A stretch of DNA of 64,000 nucleotides from Alphaproteobacteria bacterium (GTDB lineage Bacteria; Pseudomonadota; Alphaproteobacteria; MPNO01; UBA830): positions 1,664,001-1,728,000 of the forward strand of contig OZ251539.1 in assembly GCA_965243135.1 (NCBI GenBank), given 5' to 3'. The notes beneath the pieces are model-generated. The model did no database searches. It saw nothing but the letters and a program-made list of their open reading frames with translations, and was not told the DNA's origin. Both the position numbers and the translations under genes were made by a program. Positions 25,187-36,440 of the stretch are shown piece by piece (the stretch's first letter is position 1; every line of letters starts with the position of its first letter).

Positions 25187-26299
25187 TCAGGTTGCAAATC
25201 CGATCAGAAAGTCGACCACGCGAAGGTGGATCAAGTCGTTCCAGGTAGCCAACACCATCAGACCCAGCAACATCCCGAGGCCGATGCGGAGGCCGTATAT
25301 TCGCGCGCGCGCGCCGAGGGGCCGGCCCCGGAGCGCTTCCGCAGCGTAAAACAGCAAATGGCCGCCATCAAGGACCGGTATCGGAAGCAGGTTGACGAGG
25401 CCCAAATTGATCGAAAGGACCGCCGTGAACAGGATGACGTTTGCGGCGCCGCTCTGCCACATGTCGCCCGAAAGCTGCGCGATCCGAATGGGGCCGCCCA
25501 GTTCTTTCGTCGTTCGCGTGCCGTCGATGATCTGGCCGATCGCCTGGAAAATGGTGAGCGTCAGGTCCCATGTTTCGTAAACCGCCCGCCACAGCGCGGT
25601 CGCGGGGTCGTGGCGAACGTACTTCTTTCCCGCTGCGGACCGGGCGATGCCCAGCCGACCGATTCGCTGGGGGTTTCCAAACCGGTCTTCCGTGTCGAGG
25701 ACCTCGGGAACGGCCGTCAGCGAGATTTCCTCGCCGTCGCGGAGCACCCGGAAATCCAGCCGTTTTCCCGGGTTGAACTGAACGATGTAGACGACCTCCT
25801 CGAACCGTTCGATCCGGGTGGAGTCGATTCGGGTGATCGTGTCGCCGGCCCGGAAGCCTGCGCGCTCGGCGACGCTGCCGGGCAGAACGCTGCCGACGTC
25901 GGAAGGCGTGAACGGCTGGCCGACCGACGCGAACATGCCGGCGAGGATGACGACGGCCAGCAAGAAGTTGGCGGCCGGCCCCGCGGCGACGATGAAGGCG
26001 CGCTCCCGGACGCTTTTCGTCTCGAAAGAGTCCGGATTCGACGACGGCGTCCCCTCGCCCGGCTGCATTTCGCCGAGCATCCTCACGTAGCCGCCGAGGG
26101 GGACGGCGCTCACCCTCCAGCGCGTCCCGGCGCGGTCCATCCAGCCGAGCAGTTCGGGACCCATGCCGATGGAAAAGACCTCGACCCGGACGCCGCAATG
26201 CCGCGCCGCGAGGTAATGGCCCATCTCGTGCACGAACACGAGAACCGTGAACACCGCGAGAAACGGGATGACGTATTCGATCAACGCGGAAAGAATCAT
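25187..26299 (-). CDS. rseP: RIP metalloprotease RseP
   Basis: HEMGH, PLGGYVRM, AGPAANF, PDZ domain, NLLPIPVLDGGH. Confidence 0.97.
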   Translation of the reverse strand: MILSALIEYVIPFLAVFTVLVFVHEMGHYLAARHCGVRVEVFSIGMGPELLGWMDRAGTRWRVSAVPLGGYVRMLGEMQPGEGTPSSNPDSFETKSVRERAFIVAAGPAANFLLAVVILAGMFASVGQPFTPSDVGSVLPGSVAERAGFRAGDTITRIDSTRIERFEEVVYIVQFNPGKRLDFRVLRDGEEISLTAVPEVLDTEDRFGNPQRIGRLGIARSAAGKKYVRHDPATALWRAVYETWDLTLTIFQAIGQIIDGTRTTKELGGPIRIAQLSGDMWQSGAANVILFTAVLSINLGLVNLLPIPVLDGGHLLFYAAEALRGRPLGARARIYGLRIGLGMLLGLMVLATWNDLIHLRVVDFLIGFAT

Positions 26300-26311
26300 C
26301 GAAATTCGCCG

Positions 26312-27469
26312 CTACTTCATCCGGGAAATGATCTCGCCCGCCGCCCGCCGCGCGGCGCGGTCGACCGCTGCGACTTCCGCCACGGAACGCGCCGCCGGCT
26401 CCTCGAACCAGGACAAGGTTTCCTCGACGACGCGCGCGACGTCGAGAAATCCGATTCTCTCGGCGAGGAAACCGTCCACCGCCGCCTCGTTCGAGGCGTT
26501 GAGCACAATAGGCGCATTGCCGCCCTCCCGCAAGGCTTCGCGGGCCAGCGACAGGGACGGAAATCTCTCGGCGTCGGGCGGTTCGAAGGTGAGCGTGGCG
26601 ATCCGTCCCAGGTCGAGCCGCGCGCTCGGGGCGCCGATGCGCTTCGGCCAGCCCAGCGTGTACGCGATTGGCGTCCGCATGTCGGGCGCGCCGAGCTGCG
26701 CCAGCACCGAGCCGTCGACGTAGCAAACGAGGCTGTGAACGATGGATTGCGGGTGCACCAGTATGTCGATCCGGTTTTCGGGCATTTCGAACAGGTAGTG
26801 GGCTTCGATGAGTTCCAGCCCCTTGTTCATCATCGTGGCCGAATCCACCGAAATCTTGGCGCCCATCCGCCAGTTCGGATGCGCGACGGCCGCCGCCGGA
26901 GTCGCGGTCCGCATTTCCTCGCGCCCGGCCGTGCGGAAAGGGCCGCCGGACGCGGTGAGTATGATCTTCTCGACGTTCTGGCGCTGCTCGAATTCGAACA
27001 CCTGGAAGATCGCGTTGTGTTCGGAGTCCACCGGCAGAAGAACGGCGCCGCTTCGCGCCGCTTCCTCGAGCAGGAGGCGGCCGGCGCAGACGAGGCACTC
27101 CTTGTTGGCGAGGGCGACCACCGCGCCCTGGCGCACCGCTTCGAGAGTCGGTTCCAGTCCGGCCGCGCCGACGATGGCCGCCATCACCCAGTCGGCCCTT
27201 CTACCGGCCGCCTCGGCGACGGCCGCCGGGCCGGCCGCGGCCTCGACGCCGGATCCCGCGAGCGCGCGCTTCAGGTCGGCGTAACTGTCCTCGTCGCCGA
27301 CCACGGCGAGAGCGGCCGTCACGCGGCGCGCCTGCGCGGCGAGCAATTCCGCGTTGCGATTGGCCGTGAGCGCCTCGACGCGGTAGGCGTCGGGCCGACG
27401 TTCGATCAGTTCGATCGTGCTCGACCCCACCGAGCCGGTAGAACCCAGGATCGACACGCGCTTCGTCAT
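26312..27469 (-). CDS. dxr: 1-deoxy-D-xylulose-5-phosphate reductoisomerase
   Basis: ILGSTGSVG, LANKE, PVDSEH, HPNWRMG.KISVDSATMMNKGLE. Confidence 0.97.
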   Translation of the reverse strand: MTKRVSILGSTGSVGSSTIELIERRPDAYRVEALTANRNAELLAAQARRVTAALAVVGDEDSYADLKRALAGSGVEAAAGPAAVAEAAGRRADWVMAAIVGAAGLEPTLEAVRQGAVVALANKECLVCAGRLLLEEAARSGAVLLPVDSEHNAIFQVFEFEQRQNVEKIILTASGGPFRTAGREEMRTATPAAAVAHPNWRMGAKISVDSATMMNKGLELIEAHYLFEMPENRIDILVHPQSIVHSLVCYVDGSVLAQLGAPDMRTPIAYTLGWPKRIGAPSARLDLGRIATLTFEPPDAERFPSLSLAREALREGGNAPIVLNASNEAAVDGFLAERIGFLDVARVVEETLSWFEEPAARSVAEVAAVDRAARRAAGEIISRMK

Positions 27470-28248
27470 GCGCCGCAGATCGTCAGCGCGGCCGCCGCCG
27501 GGCCGGTCAGCAGCATACCGTCCAGGCGGTCCAGCATTCCGCCGTGCCCGGGGATCATGCCGCCGGCGTCCTTGACGCCGCATCGGCGCTTCGCGGCGGA
27601 CACGGCGAGATCCCCCGCCTGCGCAAGAAGCGCCGCCCCCGCCCCCGCCGCGGCCGCCCGCGCCGGATCGGCGGAAAGCCAGGACAGGCTCCACACGGCG
27701 GACGCGGCGACGCCGCCCGCAAGGCCGGCCCACGTCTTTCCGGGGCTTACGAGCGGCGCGAGTTTCGGTCCGCCGAGCAGGCGTCCGGCGGCATAGGCGC
27801 CGACATCGGTGCACCAGACCGCGCCGACAATCCAGAACACGAGGTCGCGGCCGCCGTCCAGCCCGCGCATCCACAGGAAGACGGTTCCGAACAGGCCGAT
27901 CGACAAGCCTCCGAGCGCGAAGAAGGCGGCGGCGCGAATTCCTTCGTTCTTGCGGAAACCTGCCGCGACCGCGGCCGCGGCGGCGGTCGCCGCGAGAGCC
28001 GGGGCATGCGCTCCGGCCGCGGCTGCCGAAGCGGACGCCGTCAGCCCCGCGGCCAGAATCCATCCGGCCGCCCCGAGTTTCCCGCCGCCGCACATCCGGC
28101 CCCATTCCCAGGCCATCGCGAGGACGCCGGCAATTATGCAGATCTCGAACCACGGCGAGCCGAAATGCACCGCGGCCAGCACGGGCGGAGCGAGCACCGC
28201 GGCCGAAAGCGACCGCAGCGCCAATCCGTCAGGCTGAAATCGCGCCAT
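27466..28248 (-). CDS. cdsA: Phosphatidate cytidylyltransferase
   Basis: D.GAY.AGR, SPGKTW.G, KR..GVKD, PGHGG.LDR.D. Confidence 0.95.
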   Translation of the reverse strand: MARFQPDGLALRSLSAAVLAPPVLAAVHFGSPWFEICIIAGVLAMAWEWGRMCGGGKLGAAGWILAAGLTASASAAAAGAHAPALAATAAAAAVAAGFRKNEGIRAAAFFALGGLSIGLFGTVFLWMRGLDGGRDLVFWIVGAVWCTDVGAYAAGRLLGGPKLAPLVSPGKTWAGLAGGVAASAVWSLSWLSADPARAAAAGAGAALLAQAGDLAVSAAKRRCGVKDAGGMIPGHGGMLDRLDGMLLTGPAAAALTICGA

Positions 28249-28963
28249 AGCGTCTTTCGCGTCTCCGGAACTCGGAGATCGAGCGTTCAAGGTCGTCCTG
28301 CGTGAAATCCGGCCAGAGCACGTCGGTAAAGACCAGTTCGGCGTAAGCGGCCTGCCACAGCAGGAAATTGCTGATGCGCTGTTCGCCGCTGGTCCTGATC
28401 AGAAGGTCGGGATCGGGGATTTCCGACGTGAACAGCCGGGCCGCGACGGTTCGCTCGTCGATCGCCGCCGGTTCGAGCCGGCCCGCGACCGCATCTTCGG
28501 CGACGCGGCGAATGGCCTCGGTGATTTCCTGTCGGCCGCCGTAGCTGAGCGCGACCGTCACGTCGAGCTTCGCGTTGCCGCATGTCCGGCGTTCGGCCAT
28601 TTCGATCAAGGCTACGATGTCGGGATCCAGTTGCCGCCTTTCTCCGATGAAGCGGAGGCGCACCCCCTCGGCGTCGAGTTTCGCCACTTCCTCGCGCAGA
28701 TAGAGACGCAGGAGCGACATCAGGGCGGAGACTTCCGTCGCCGGCCGCTTCCAGTTTTCCAGGGAAAAGCCGTACAGGGTCAAATAACGGATGCCGAGTT
28801 GGCCTGAGGCGCGAATCGTTCGGCGAACCGCTTTCGCGCCCTCGCGGTGCCCGGCGATCCGCGGAAGGTCGCGAGACTGCGCCCAACGTCCGTTGCCGTC
28901 CATGATGATGGCGACATGAACGGGAAGACAGCCGGAATCTGCGAAGGAACGGGCAGTGTCCAT
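28229..28963 (-). CDS. uppS: Undecaprenyl diphosphate synthase
   Basis: HVAIIMDGNGRWA, FSLENWKRP, IRTSGEQRISNFLLWQ. Confidence 0.98.
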   Translation of the reverse strand: MDTARSFADSGCLPVHVAIIMDGNGRWAQSRDLPRIAGHREGAKAVRRTIRASGQLGIRYLTLYGFSLENWKRPATEVSALMSLLRLYLREEVAKLDAEGVRLRFIGERRQLDPDIVALIEMAERRTCGNAKLDVTVALSYGGRQEITEAIRRVAEDAVAGRLEPAAIDERTVAARLFTSEIPDPDLLIRTSGEQRISNFLLWQAAYAELVFTDVLWPDFTQDDLERSISEFRRRERRYGAISA

Positions 28964-29521
28964 CTAGACCTGCAGGATTTCGGCTTCCTTGGCGGCGAAC
29001 GCATCGTCGATGGTCTTGATCGCCGCGTCGGTCAGCGTCTGGATTTCGTCCGTCCAGGCGCGCTGTTCGTCTCGCGACATCTCGCCGTCCTTTTCCATCC
29101 TCTTCAACTTGTCGATTCCGTCGCGCCGGACGTTCCTTACCGCGATCCGGGCCTGTTCGGCGTACTTGCCCGCTATGCGGGTCATTTCCACCCGCCGCTC
29201 TTCCGAAAGCTGCGGTATCGGGACCCGAACCGTCATCCCGTCGGTCTGCGGATTGAGGCCGAGATCGGCCTCGCGTATCGCCTTTTCGACCGCGGCGACC
29301 AGAGACTTGTCCCATACCTGGACCGTGAGCAGGCGCGCGTCCGGGGCGTTGATCGTGCCTACCTGGTTCATCGGCATGCGGCTTCCGTACGCGTCGACGT
29401 TGATCGGCTCCAGCAGCGCAGGCATCGCGCGTCCCGTGCGCAGGCCCGCGAATTCGTCTCCGAGCACCTGGACCGCTCCGTTCATGCGCCTCTTGAGGTC
29501 GTCGATATCAGGATCGGGCAT
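28964..29521 (-). CDS. frr: Ribosome recycling factor
   Basis: [25 protein letters not shown]. Confidence 0.97.
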   Translation of the reverse strand: MPDPDIDDLKRRMNGAVQVLGDEFAGLRTGRAMPALLEPINVDAYGSRMPMNQVGTINAPDARLLTVQVWDKSLVAAVEKAIREADLGLNPQTDGMTVRVPIPQLSEERRVEMTRIAGKYAEQARIAVRNVRRDGIDKLKRMEKDGEMSRDEQRAWTDEIQTLTDAAIKTIDDAFAAKEAEILQV

Positions 29522-30257
29522 CGCTGTTCGGTTCCCCGCATGGTTTCTCGGAAATGATCGTAAAGGCGCCGGCGCCTTTGACGACATCGGCGAACGCGTC
29601 GGGATTGTGTATGGAAAAAACCAGAATGGGAATGCCGTTCTCCCGCGCCAGAGAGATCGCCGAGGCGTCCATGACACGAAGATCCCTCGACAAGACCTCC
29701 ATGTAGCTGAGGCGATCATAGCGTTCCGCTCCGTCGACCTTATGCGGATCGGCCGAGTACACGCCATCGACCTGCGTCCCCTTGAAGATGCCGTCGCAGT
29801 TCATTTCGGTCGCGCGCAGAGCCGCCGCGGTGTCGGTCGTGAAATACGGATTGCCGGTTCCCGCCGCGAAAATCACCACGCGGCCCTTTTCCATGTGGCG
29901 CGCGGCGCGGCGGCGGATATAGGGTTCGCAGATGGTGTCCATCGGTATGGCGGACTGCACCCGGGTCGCCACGCCTTCCCTTTCGAGCGCCCCCTGGAGG
30001 GCCAGCGCGTTCATGATCGTGGCCAGCATGCCCATGTAATCGGCAGTGCCCCGCTCGAGGCCCGCCGCCGCTCCGGAGACCCCGCGAAAGACGTTGCCGC
30101 CGCCGATCACCACGCAGACCTGGGTTCCCAGCCCGGTAACGGCGCGAATTTCCTTCGCCACGCGGTCGACGGCTTCGGCGTCGATCCCGAACGGCTGTCG
30201 GCCCATGAGGGCCTCGCCCGATACCTTCAGCAGGACCCGTTTGTAGCGCACGGTCAT
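29508..30257 (-). CDS. pyrH: UMP kinase
   Basis: [26 protein letters not shown]. Confidence 0.98.
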   Translation of the reverse strand: MTVRYKRVLLKVSGEALMGRQPFGIDAEAVDRVAKEIRAVTGLGTQVCVVIGGGNVFRGVSGAAAGLERGTADYMGMLATIMNALALQGALEREGVATRVQSAIPMDTICEPYIRRRAARHMEKGRVVIFAAGTGNPYFTTDTAAALRATEMNCDGIFKGTQVDGVYSADPHKVDGAERYDRLSYMEVLSRDLRVMDASAISLARENGIPILVFSIHNPDAFADVVKGAGAFTIISEKPCGEPNSDARS

Positions 30258-30265
30258 GGCGCGTC

Positions 30266-31198
30266 CTAGCGGCCGGCCTTCGTCGCGGCGACCTCTGCGG
30301 CGAAATCGGTTTCATTTTTCTTGACATCCTCGCCCAGTTGGAACCGGACGAAGCCCGCGACGGAGACCGGAGCGCCGAAGTCCTTGGCCGCCGCGTCGAG
30401 CACGGCCGACACTTTGGATTCGCCATCTATGGAATAGGTTTGGTCGAGAAGGCAGAATTCCTCGTAGAACTTGCGCAACCTGCCTTCGACCATTTTCTCG
30501 ACGACGTTGTCGGGCTTGCCGGTCGAACGGGCCTGTTCGGCAAGAATTTCGCGTTCGCGCTCGATGTCCGCCGGATCCGCATCGCCGCGCGACACCCACC
30601 GGGGGCTGGCCGCGGCGACGTGCATTGCGAGTTTCCTGCCGACTTCCCGCAAGCCGTCCGGGTCGCCGCTCGATTCCAGGGCGACGAGGACGGCGATGCG
30701 CCCCATCCCCGATCCGGGCGCGACCGCGTTGTGCACGTAGCTCGCGACGCAGCCCTCTTCGACGCTCAGGCCTGCGGAACGGCGCAGGTTAAGGTTCTCG
30801 CCGATCACGCCGATCATCTCGACGACCGCCTCGCGAACCGGCTTTCCGCCTCGGGCGGAGGCTTCCATCAGATTGTCGAGGCTGCCGTCCGTCGCTAGCG
30901 CGACCTGCGCAATTTCATCGACGAACGCCTGGAAGTCCGAATTGCGGGCGACGAAATCGGTTTCCGAATTCAGTTCGATCGCGACGCCCTTGCGGTCGCC
31001 GGCCGCGACGGCCACGAGGCCTTCGGCAGCGATGCGGCCGGCCTTCTTGGCAGCGGCGGCCATTCCCTTCTTGCGCAACCAATCGACGGCGCTTTCGACA
31101 TCGCCGTTGGTCTCGGTCAGCGCCTTCTTGCAATCCATCATTCCGGCGCCGGACTTTTCGCGCAGCTCTTTGACCTGCGCGGCCGTTACCTGAGCCAT
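30266..31198 (-). CDS. tsf: Elongation factor Ts
   Basis: [31 protein letters not shown]. Confidence 0.98.
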   Translation of the reverse strand: MAQVTAAQVKELREKSGAGMMDCKKALTETNGDVESAVDWLRKKGMAAAAKKAGRIAAEGLVAVAAGDRKGVAIELNSETDFVARNSDFQAFVDEIAQVALATDGSLDNLMEASARGGKPVREAVVEMIGVIGENLNLRRSAGLSVEEGCVASYVHNAVAPGSGMGRIAVLVALESSGDPDGLREVGRKLAMHVAAASPRWVSRGDADPADIEREREILAEQARSTGKPDNVVEKMVEGRLRKFYEEFCLLDQTYSIDGESKVSAVLDAAAKDFGAPVSVAGFVRFQLGEDVKKNETDFAAEVAATKAGR

Positions 31199-31226
31199 GT
31201 TTCACCTGCGTTCCGTGTTCGCAAAT

Positions 31227-32369
31227 TCAGGTCTGCGTTTCCGCGGCTTCGCCTGCCGCCGTCTCCGCCGCGCCGGATAGACTGTCGGGCGCTTCCGCGG
31301 CCTCGCCTGCCGCCGCTTCCGTCTTGCCGGACGAGGCTTCGGGCGCTTCCGCGGCCTCGCCTGCCGCCGCTTCCGTCTTGCCGGACGAGGCTTCGGGCGC
31401 TTCCGCGGCCTCGCCTGCCGCCGCTTCCGTCTTGCCGGACAAGGCTTCGGGCGCTTCCGCCGCCTCGCCTGCCGCCGCCTCCGTCGCGCCGGATAGACCG
31501 TCGGGCGCTTCCGCGGCCTCGCCTGCCGCCGCCTCCGTCACGCCGGACAAGGCTCCGGGCGTTTCCGTTCCCGTCGCTTCCGTTTCACCGGACGCGTCCG
31601 CGGGCGCGCTTTCCTCGTCAACCGCCAGGGCTTCGACGGGCCCGTCCTCCGATTCGCCTATGTCCGTACCCGATCTGATCGCCTCCTGCTGCAAGCCGTC
31701 GAGAACCGCCGCCGCAACCAGATCGCAGTAAAGCGCGATCGATCGAATCGCGTCGTCGTTGCCGGGTATCGGGTAGGTGATGCCGTGCGGATCGGAATTA
31801 CTATCGATCACCGCGATCACCGGTATGTTCAGCTTCTTCCCTTCCGCCACCGCGATCGCTTCCTTGTTGGTGTCGATGACGAAAATGATGTCCGGGAGGC
31901 CGCCCATTTCCTTGATGCCGCCGAGTGACCGCTCCAGCTTGTCGCGTTCTCGGGTCAGGTTGAGGAGTTCCTTCTTGGTCAGGCCTTCCGCGACTTCGGC
32001 CGCGGTCAACCGTTCGTCCAGTTCGCGCAACCGCTTTATGGACGCCGTGATCGTCTTCCAGTTGGTCAGCATGCCGCCGAGCCAGCGATGGTTGACGTAG
32101 TATTGACCGCAGCGCTTCGCGGCGTCGGCAACGAGTTCGCTCGCCTGGCGCTTGGTGCCGACGAACAGAACGCGGCCGCCTTGGGCGGTCACCTCGCGAA
32201 CCGTGCCCAGCGCGGCATGCAGCAGAGGCACCGTCTGCCGCAGGTCGATGATGTGGATCCCGTTGCGTACCCCGAAAATGTAGGACTCCATCTTGGGGTT
32301 CCAGCGGCGAGTCTGATGTCCGAAGTGAACGCCGGCTTCCAGCAGCTGACGCATCGTGAATTCAGGCAT
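31227..32369 (-). CDS. rpsB: 30S ribosomal protein S2 with long acidic repeat tail
   Basis: [39 protein letters not shown]. Start ATG at 32369. Confidence 0.98.
   Translation of the reverse strand: MPEFTMRQLLEAGVHFGHQTRRWNPKMESYIFGVRNGIHIIDLRQTVPLLHAALGTVREVTAQGGRVLFVGTKRQASELVADAAKRCGQYYVNHRWLGGMLTNWKTITASIKRLRELDERLTAAEVAEGLTKKELLNLTRERDKLERSLGGIKEMGGLPDIIFVIDTNKEAIAVAEGKKLNIPVIAVIDSNSDPHGITYPIPGNDDAIRSIALYCDLVAAAVLDGLQQEAIRSGTDIGESEDGPVEALAVDEESAPADASGETEATGTETPGALSGVTEAAAGEAAEAPDGLSGATEAAAGEAAEAPEALSGKTEAAAGEAAEAPEASSGKTEAAAGEAAEAPEASSGKTEAAAGEAAEAPDSLSGAAETAAGEAAETQT
31240..31560 (-). repeat. 54-bp tandem repeat (about 6 copies) encoding the 18-aa unit [18 protein letters not shown]
   Basis: gtcttgccggac recurs at 31321, 31375 and 31429 (period 54). 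The central copies are near-identical and the flanking copies are diverged. Confidence 0.95.
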
Positions 32370-32378
32370 GTTTCCTTC

Positions 32379-32490
32379 TCCGGTTAGCCTCCGCGGGAAA
32401 GGCCGGGAACGAAGGCGGGCAGCCTTTCCGCTTCCGGCACCGGATCGAGTTAACGGCCGCAAAAACGACCGACCCCGCGACCCCGCGTGC
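32379..32490 (-). promoter_or_regulatory. rpsB leader (t44 / S2 autoregulatory leader-like RNA)
   Basis: Minus strand reads TCCGGTGCC...CGGAGGCTAACCGGA just before the rpsB RBS, resembling the GGTGCC...GGAGGC.TAACC pattern of proteobacterial rpsB leaders. Boundaries are approximate. Confidence 0.5.
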
Positions 32491-32542
32491 AGATTGACGG
32501 GAGACTACATAGCGTCGGACGTTCCGCTTCGCAAGCGAAACG

Positions 32543-35500
32543 TCAGCCTTCCAGAACCTGCGCGACGCCGGGGACGTCTCCGACGGCCCTCCTGAAGTCG
32601 CCCGTCAGGGCGATGCGGCGAGGAAGGCTCAGCTCCACCTGCTGCCGGTCTCCGATATCCAGGATCAGGGCGACTTCGCCCGCGCCGTTTTCCCCCGCGT
32701 CCACGACCCGCTTGATGCCGTCGATGGCGACAGGATCCGCGACGACGATCTTGATCCCGCTCGCGGCGTTCGCGAGCGCGGCCTCCAACGGTTCGATGGC
32801 GGACGCCGAAAGCCGGGCGCCGTCGCCGTCGGAACGGACATCGAGTTCGATGAGCAGTCGCTTGCCCGGTTCGAGCAACTCGCGGCACTGGGCGAGAAGC
32901 TCGGAGAAAACCACCACTTCGTAGGTGCCCGAAGCGGCGTCCGAAAGCTGGAGGAAGGCGAAGCGGTTGCCCTTCGCCGTCGTCCGATCCTGCCTGGCGA
33001 TGACGACGCCGGCCGCCTTCGGCGACATGCCGGCCATGTCCGAACGGATTTCGTTCGCCGGAACGACCCCCATGCGCCTCAGCAGTTGGGCGTCCGCGTC
33101 GAGCGGATGCGCCGAAAGATAGGATCCGACAGCGTCGAACTCATGATTGAGCCGTTCCATCGAGGGCCAGTCGACGACCTCGGGAAGGCGCAGCCGGGCG
33201 TCGCCGCCGGCTTCCAGCCCGCCGAAAAGATTCGTCTGGCCGCTGGTTCGCTCCTCGGCGGCGCTATTCGCGAGTTGCATCACGCTGTCCGTGCCCTCGA
33301 ACAGCCGCCTGCGGTTCGCGTCAAGGCTGTCGAACGCTCCGGCGCGCGCGAGGTTCTCGAACTGCCGCTTGTTCGCGCCGGACGCGCCGACCCGAGTGGC
33401 GAAATCCTCCATGCTCTTGAATTCTCCGTTCGCGCCGCGTTCGGCGACGATGTCGTCCATGGCCTGCCGCCCGACGTTCTTGATGGCGGCGAGCGCGTAC
33501 CGGATGGCAGGTTTTTCACCGCCGGTCCTTTCCACGGCGAATCTGGCGCGCGACCGGTTTATGTCGGGCGGCAGAAGGGCGATGCCGACCCGATCCAACT
33601 CCAGGCGAAAAACGTTCAGCTTGTCGGTGTTGCCCAGATCGAAGGTCATGGAGGCGGCGAAGAATTCGACGGGATAGTTCGCCTTGAGGTAGGCTGTCTG
33701 GTGCGCGATCAGCGCGTAGGCGGCGGCATGGGACTTGTTGAATCCGTAGCCGGCGAACTTGTCGACCTGTTCGAAGATTCGCGCCGCCTGCCCCCTGTCC
33801 GCTCCGCGTTTCGCGGCGCCTTCGATGAAGGTCTCGCGCTGCGCGTCCATCTCCGCCTTGATTTTTTTGCCCATGGCGCGGCGCAGCAGGTCGGCCCTGC
33901 CCAGCGAATAGCCGGACAGAACCTGGGCGATCTTCATCACCTGTTCCTGATAGATCATGACCCCGAAGGTCTCTTCGAGGATGGGCTTCAGGTCCGGATG
34001 AAGATAGTCCGGCTCCTCCAGGCCGTGCTTGCAGGCGATGTACCGCGGGATGTTGTCCATCGGTCCGGGCCGATAGAGCGAAACCAGCGCTACGATGTCG
34101 TCGAACGAATCGGGCCGGAGCTGGCGCAGCACGTCGCGCATGCCCGCGCTTTCCAACTGGAAGACGCCGACCGTGTCGCCGCGACCGAGCATCTCGTAGG
34201 TTTTCTCGTCGTCCAGCGGCAGCCTCAAAAGATCGGCGTCGGGCATGCCGATCAGCTCGCACGCCTGCTTCAGCACCGTAAGCGTCTTCAGTCCCAGAAA
34301 GTCGAACTTCACCAGGCCCGCGGCTTCCGCGTACTTCATGGAAAACTGGGTCACGGGCATGTCGGATCGGGGGTCGCGGTACAGCGGAACCAGCTGCCTC
34401 AGGGGGCGGTCGCCGATGATGAGGCCGGCGGCATGGGTCGAGGCGTGCCGATACAGGCCTTCGAGCTTGAGGGAGATGTCGACAAGCTGCGCGACGGTTT
34501 CGTCGTCCCTGCGCATCTGCTGGAGTTCCGGCTCGCCGTCGATCGCCTCCTGAAGCGTCGGCGGATGCGCGGGGTTGTACGGCACGAGCTTCGAAATCTT
34601 GTCGACCTGGCCGTAGGGCATGCCGAGCACCCGCCCGACGTCGCGCAGCACGGCGCGAGCCTGGAGCTTTCCGAAGGTAATGATCTGCGCGACGAGTTCC
34701 TGCCCGTATTTTTCCTGCACGTAGCCGATCACCTCGTCCCTGCGGTCCTGGCAGAAATCGATGTCGAAGTCTGGCATCGACACGCGCTCGGGGTTGAGAA
34801 AGCGTTCGAAAAGCAGACCGAAGCGGAGAGGATCGAGGTCGGTGATGGTGAGCGCCCAGGCGACGACCGAGCCGGCTCCCGAACCGCGCCCCGGGCCCAC
34901 GGGTATTCCCTGCCCCTTCGCCCACTGGATAAAATCCGCGACGATCAGGAAATATCCCGAGAACCCCATTTCGACGATGACGCCGAGTTCGAACTCGATC
35001 CGTTCGCGGTACGGTCGGGCCGCAGCCTCGCGCGCGTCCGGGTCCATGCCGGACGCGAACACTTCGGCCTCCAGCCGCTCCTCCAGCCCTGACCGCGCGG
35101 AATCCCGCAGCTCTTCGGCCTCGTCCTTTTCTCCCCGGAACGGAGGCAGGATGGGATGGCGTTCCGGCGGCGCGTAGGCGCAGCGGCGGGCGATGATCAC
35201 GGTATTGTCGACGGCTTCCGGGAGGTCGCGGAACAGCTCGCGCATTTCCGCCGCCGAACGGAAGCAATGATTCTCGGTGAGGCGGCGGCGATTTTCTTCC
35301 GCCAGCAGGACGCCCTCGGAGATGCACAGCAGCGCGTCGTGAGCTTCGTGCATGTCGGGGCCGGAAAAATAGCAATCGTTGGTCGCCGCGAGCGGCAGGT
35401 CAAGATCGTAGGCGAGCCGCAGCAACTGGGGTTCGATTCGCTTCTCCAGCTCGAGTCCGTGGCGTTGCAGCTCGACATAGAAGCGGCCGGGAAACATTTC

Positions 35501-35971
35501 CGAAAGGCGGCGGCACAGGGACTCCGCCGCCGGTCCCTGCCCTTCCGCGAGGAGACGGCCAAGCGGCCCGTCCGGTCCGCCCGACAGGCAGAGCAGCCCG
35601 TCCGAGCGCTCCGCGAGTTTCTCCAGAGTCGTGCGGGTTTCTCCGTCGGCGGCGAAATAGGCGTCCGACGAGATCTCGAGCAAGTTGCGGTAGCCCGTTT
35701 CGTTCTGAACGAGCAGCACCAGCCGGTCGCGAGGCAGTTGAGCGCCGTCTTCGTCCGGGGCGACGTCCATCTGGCATCCGATGATGGGCTGGATCCCGGC
35801 TGCGGCCGCGGCCATGGCGAATTCCATGGCGGCGAAGAGATTGTTGGTGTCGGTCACGGCGACGGCCGGCATGCCGTGCTTGCCGCACAGCGCAGCCAGG
35901 TCGCCCAGCTTGATGGCACCCTCCGACAGGGAGTAGGAGGAATGCACCCTGAGATGTATGAAATCGGCCAT
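32543..35971 (-). CDS. dnaE: DNA polymerase III alpha subunit
   Basis: PHP domain HLRVHSSYSL, GPGRGSGAGS, FERFLNPERVSMPDFDIDF, FAGYGFNKSH. Normal length, no intein evident. Confidence 0.98.
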   Translation of the reverse strand: MADFIHLRVHSSYSLSEGAIKLGDLAALCGKHGMPAVAVTDTNNLFAAMEFAMAAAAAGIQPIIGCQMDVAPDEDGAQLPRDRLVLLVQNETGYRNLLEISSDAYFAADGETRTTLEKLAERSDGLLCLSGGPDGPLGRLLAEGQGPAAESLCRRLSEMFPGRFYVELQRHGLELEKRIEPQLLRLAYDLDLPLAATNDCYFSGPDMHEAHDALLCISEGVLLAEENRRRLTENHCFRSAAEMRELFRDLPEAVDNTVIIARRCAYAPPERHPILPPFRGEKDEAEELRDSARSGLEERLEAEVFASGMDPDAREAAARPYRERIEFELGVIVEMGFSGYFLIVADFIQWAKGQGIPVGPGRGSGAGSVVAWALTITDLDPLRFGLLFERFLNPERVSMPDFDIDFCQDRRDEVIGYVQEKYGQELVAQIITFGKLQARAVLRDVGRVLGMPYGQVDKISKLVPYNPAHPPTLQEAIDGEPELQQMRRDDETVAQLVDISLKLEGLYRHASTHAAGLIIGDRPLRQLVPLYRDPRSDMPVTQFSMKYAEAAGLVKFDFLGLKTLTVLKQACELIGMPDADLLRLPLDDEKTYEMLGRGDTVGVFQLESAGMRDVLRQLRPDSFDDIVALVSLYRPGPMDNIPRYIACKHGLEEPDYLHPDLKPILEETFGVMIYQEQVMKIAQVLSGYSLGRADLLRRAMGKKIKAEMDAQRETFIEGAAKRGADRGQAARIFEQVDKFAGYGFNKSHAAAYALIAHQTAYLKANYPVEFFAASMTFDLGNTDKLNVFRLELDRVGIALLPPDINRSRARFAVERTGGEKPAIRYALAAIKNVGRQAMDDIVAERGANGEFKSMEDFATRVGASGANKRQFENLARAGAFDSLDANRRRLFEGTDSVMQLANSAAEERTSGQTNLFGGLEAGGDARLRLPEVVDWPSMERLNHEFDAVGSYLSAHPLDADAQLLRRMGVVPANEIRSDMAGMSPKAAGVVIARQDRTTAKGNRFAFLQLSDAASGTYEVVVFSELLAQCRELLEPGKRLLIELDVRSDGDGARLSASAIEPLEAALANAASGIKIVVADPVAIDGIKRVVDAGENGAGEVALILDIGDRQQVELSLPRRIALTGDFRRAVGDVPGVAQVLEG

Positions 35972-36440
35972 GCCGGCAGTGTAGAACGAATCGGTCGCGG
36001 AAACCCGGCCTGCGAGCGCGCGGTTCGGCTTTCCTGGAAAATTCTATTGACGCGGGGCCCGCATCCGCTCGTTCGCGCCGCGTCGGTCAGGTGCCGCATC
36101 GCAAGACGTCCGCGTCGCGCCGTTTTTCGCCGTCGACGCCCGCCTGCGGTTCGCTCTGCCGTCAGGGCCGGTCCACCCGCTCGTTCGCCTCAGGCCGGCA
36201 GCGCGTCTCCGTGCCGTCCGCGCGGAGCGGCGGCCGCCCGTCCGGCGCGGCGACCGGTTTCGACCGCCGGCGTAATCGCATCGGCTTTGCGCGTCCTTGA
36301 AAACGAGCGTTCGCCGCGTATTGTCAACGATCGAGCGCTCCGGCAGGTTCCGGCGGCATCGCGACCGGTTCGCGGACTTAGCCGGCCTTTTGGGCGGGCG
36401 GATCCGTCTCCTGTCGAACCATTGTCACAGGAGAACGGGG

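Noticed and set aside
31240-31560. CRISPR array
   Set aside because: These are contiguous in-frame coding repeats with no unique spacers, and there are no cas genes.
32543-35971. Intein in DnaE
   Set aside because: The length is normal and no intein block motifs or insertion are visible.
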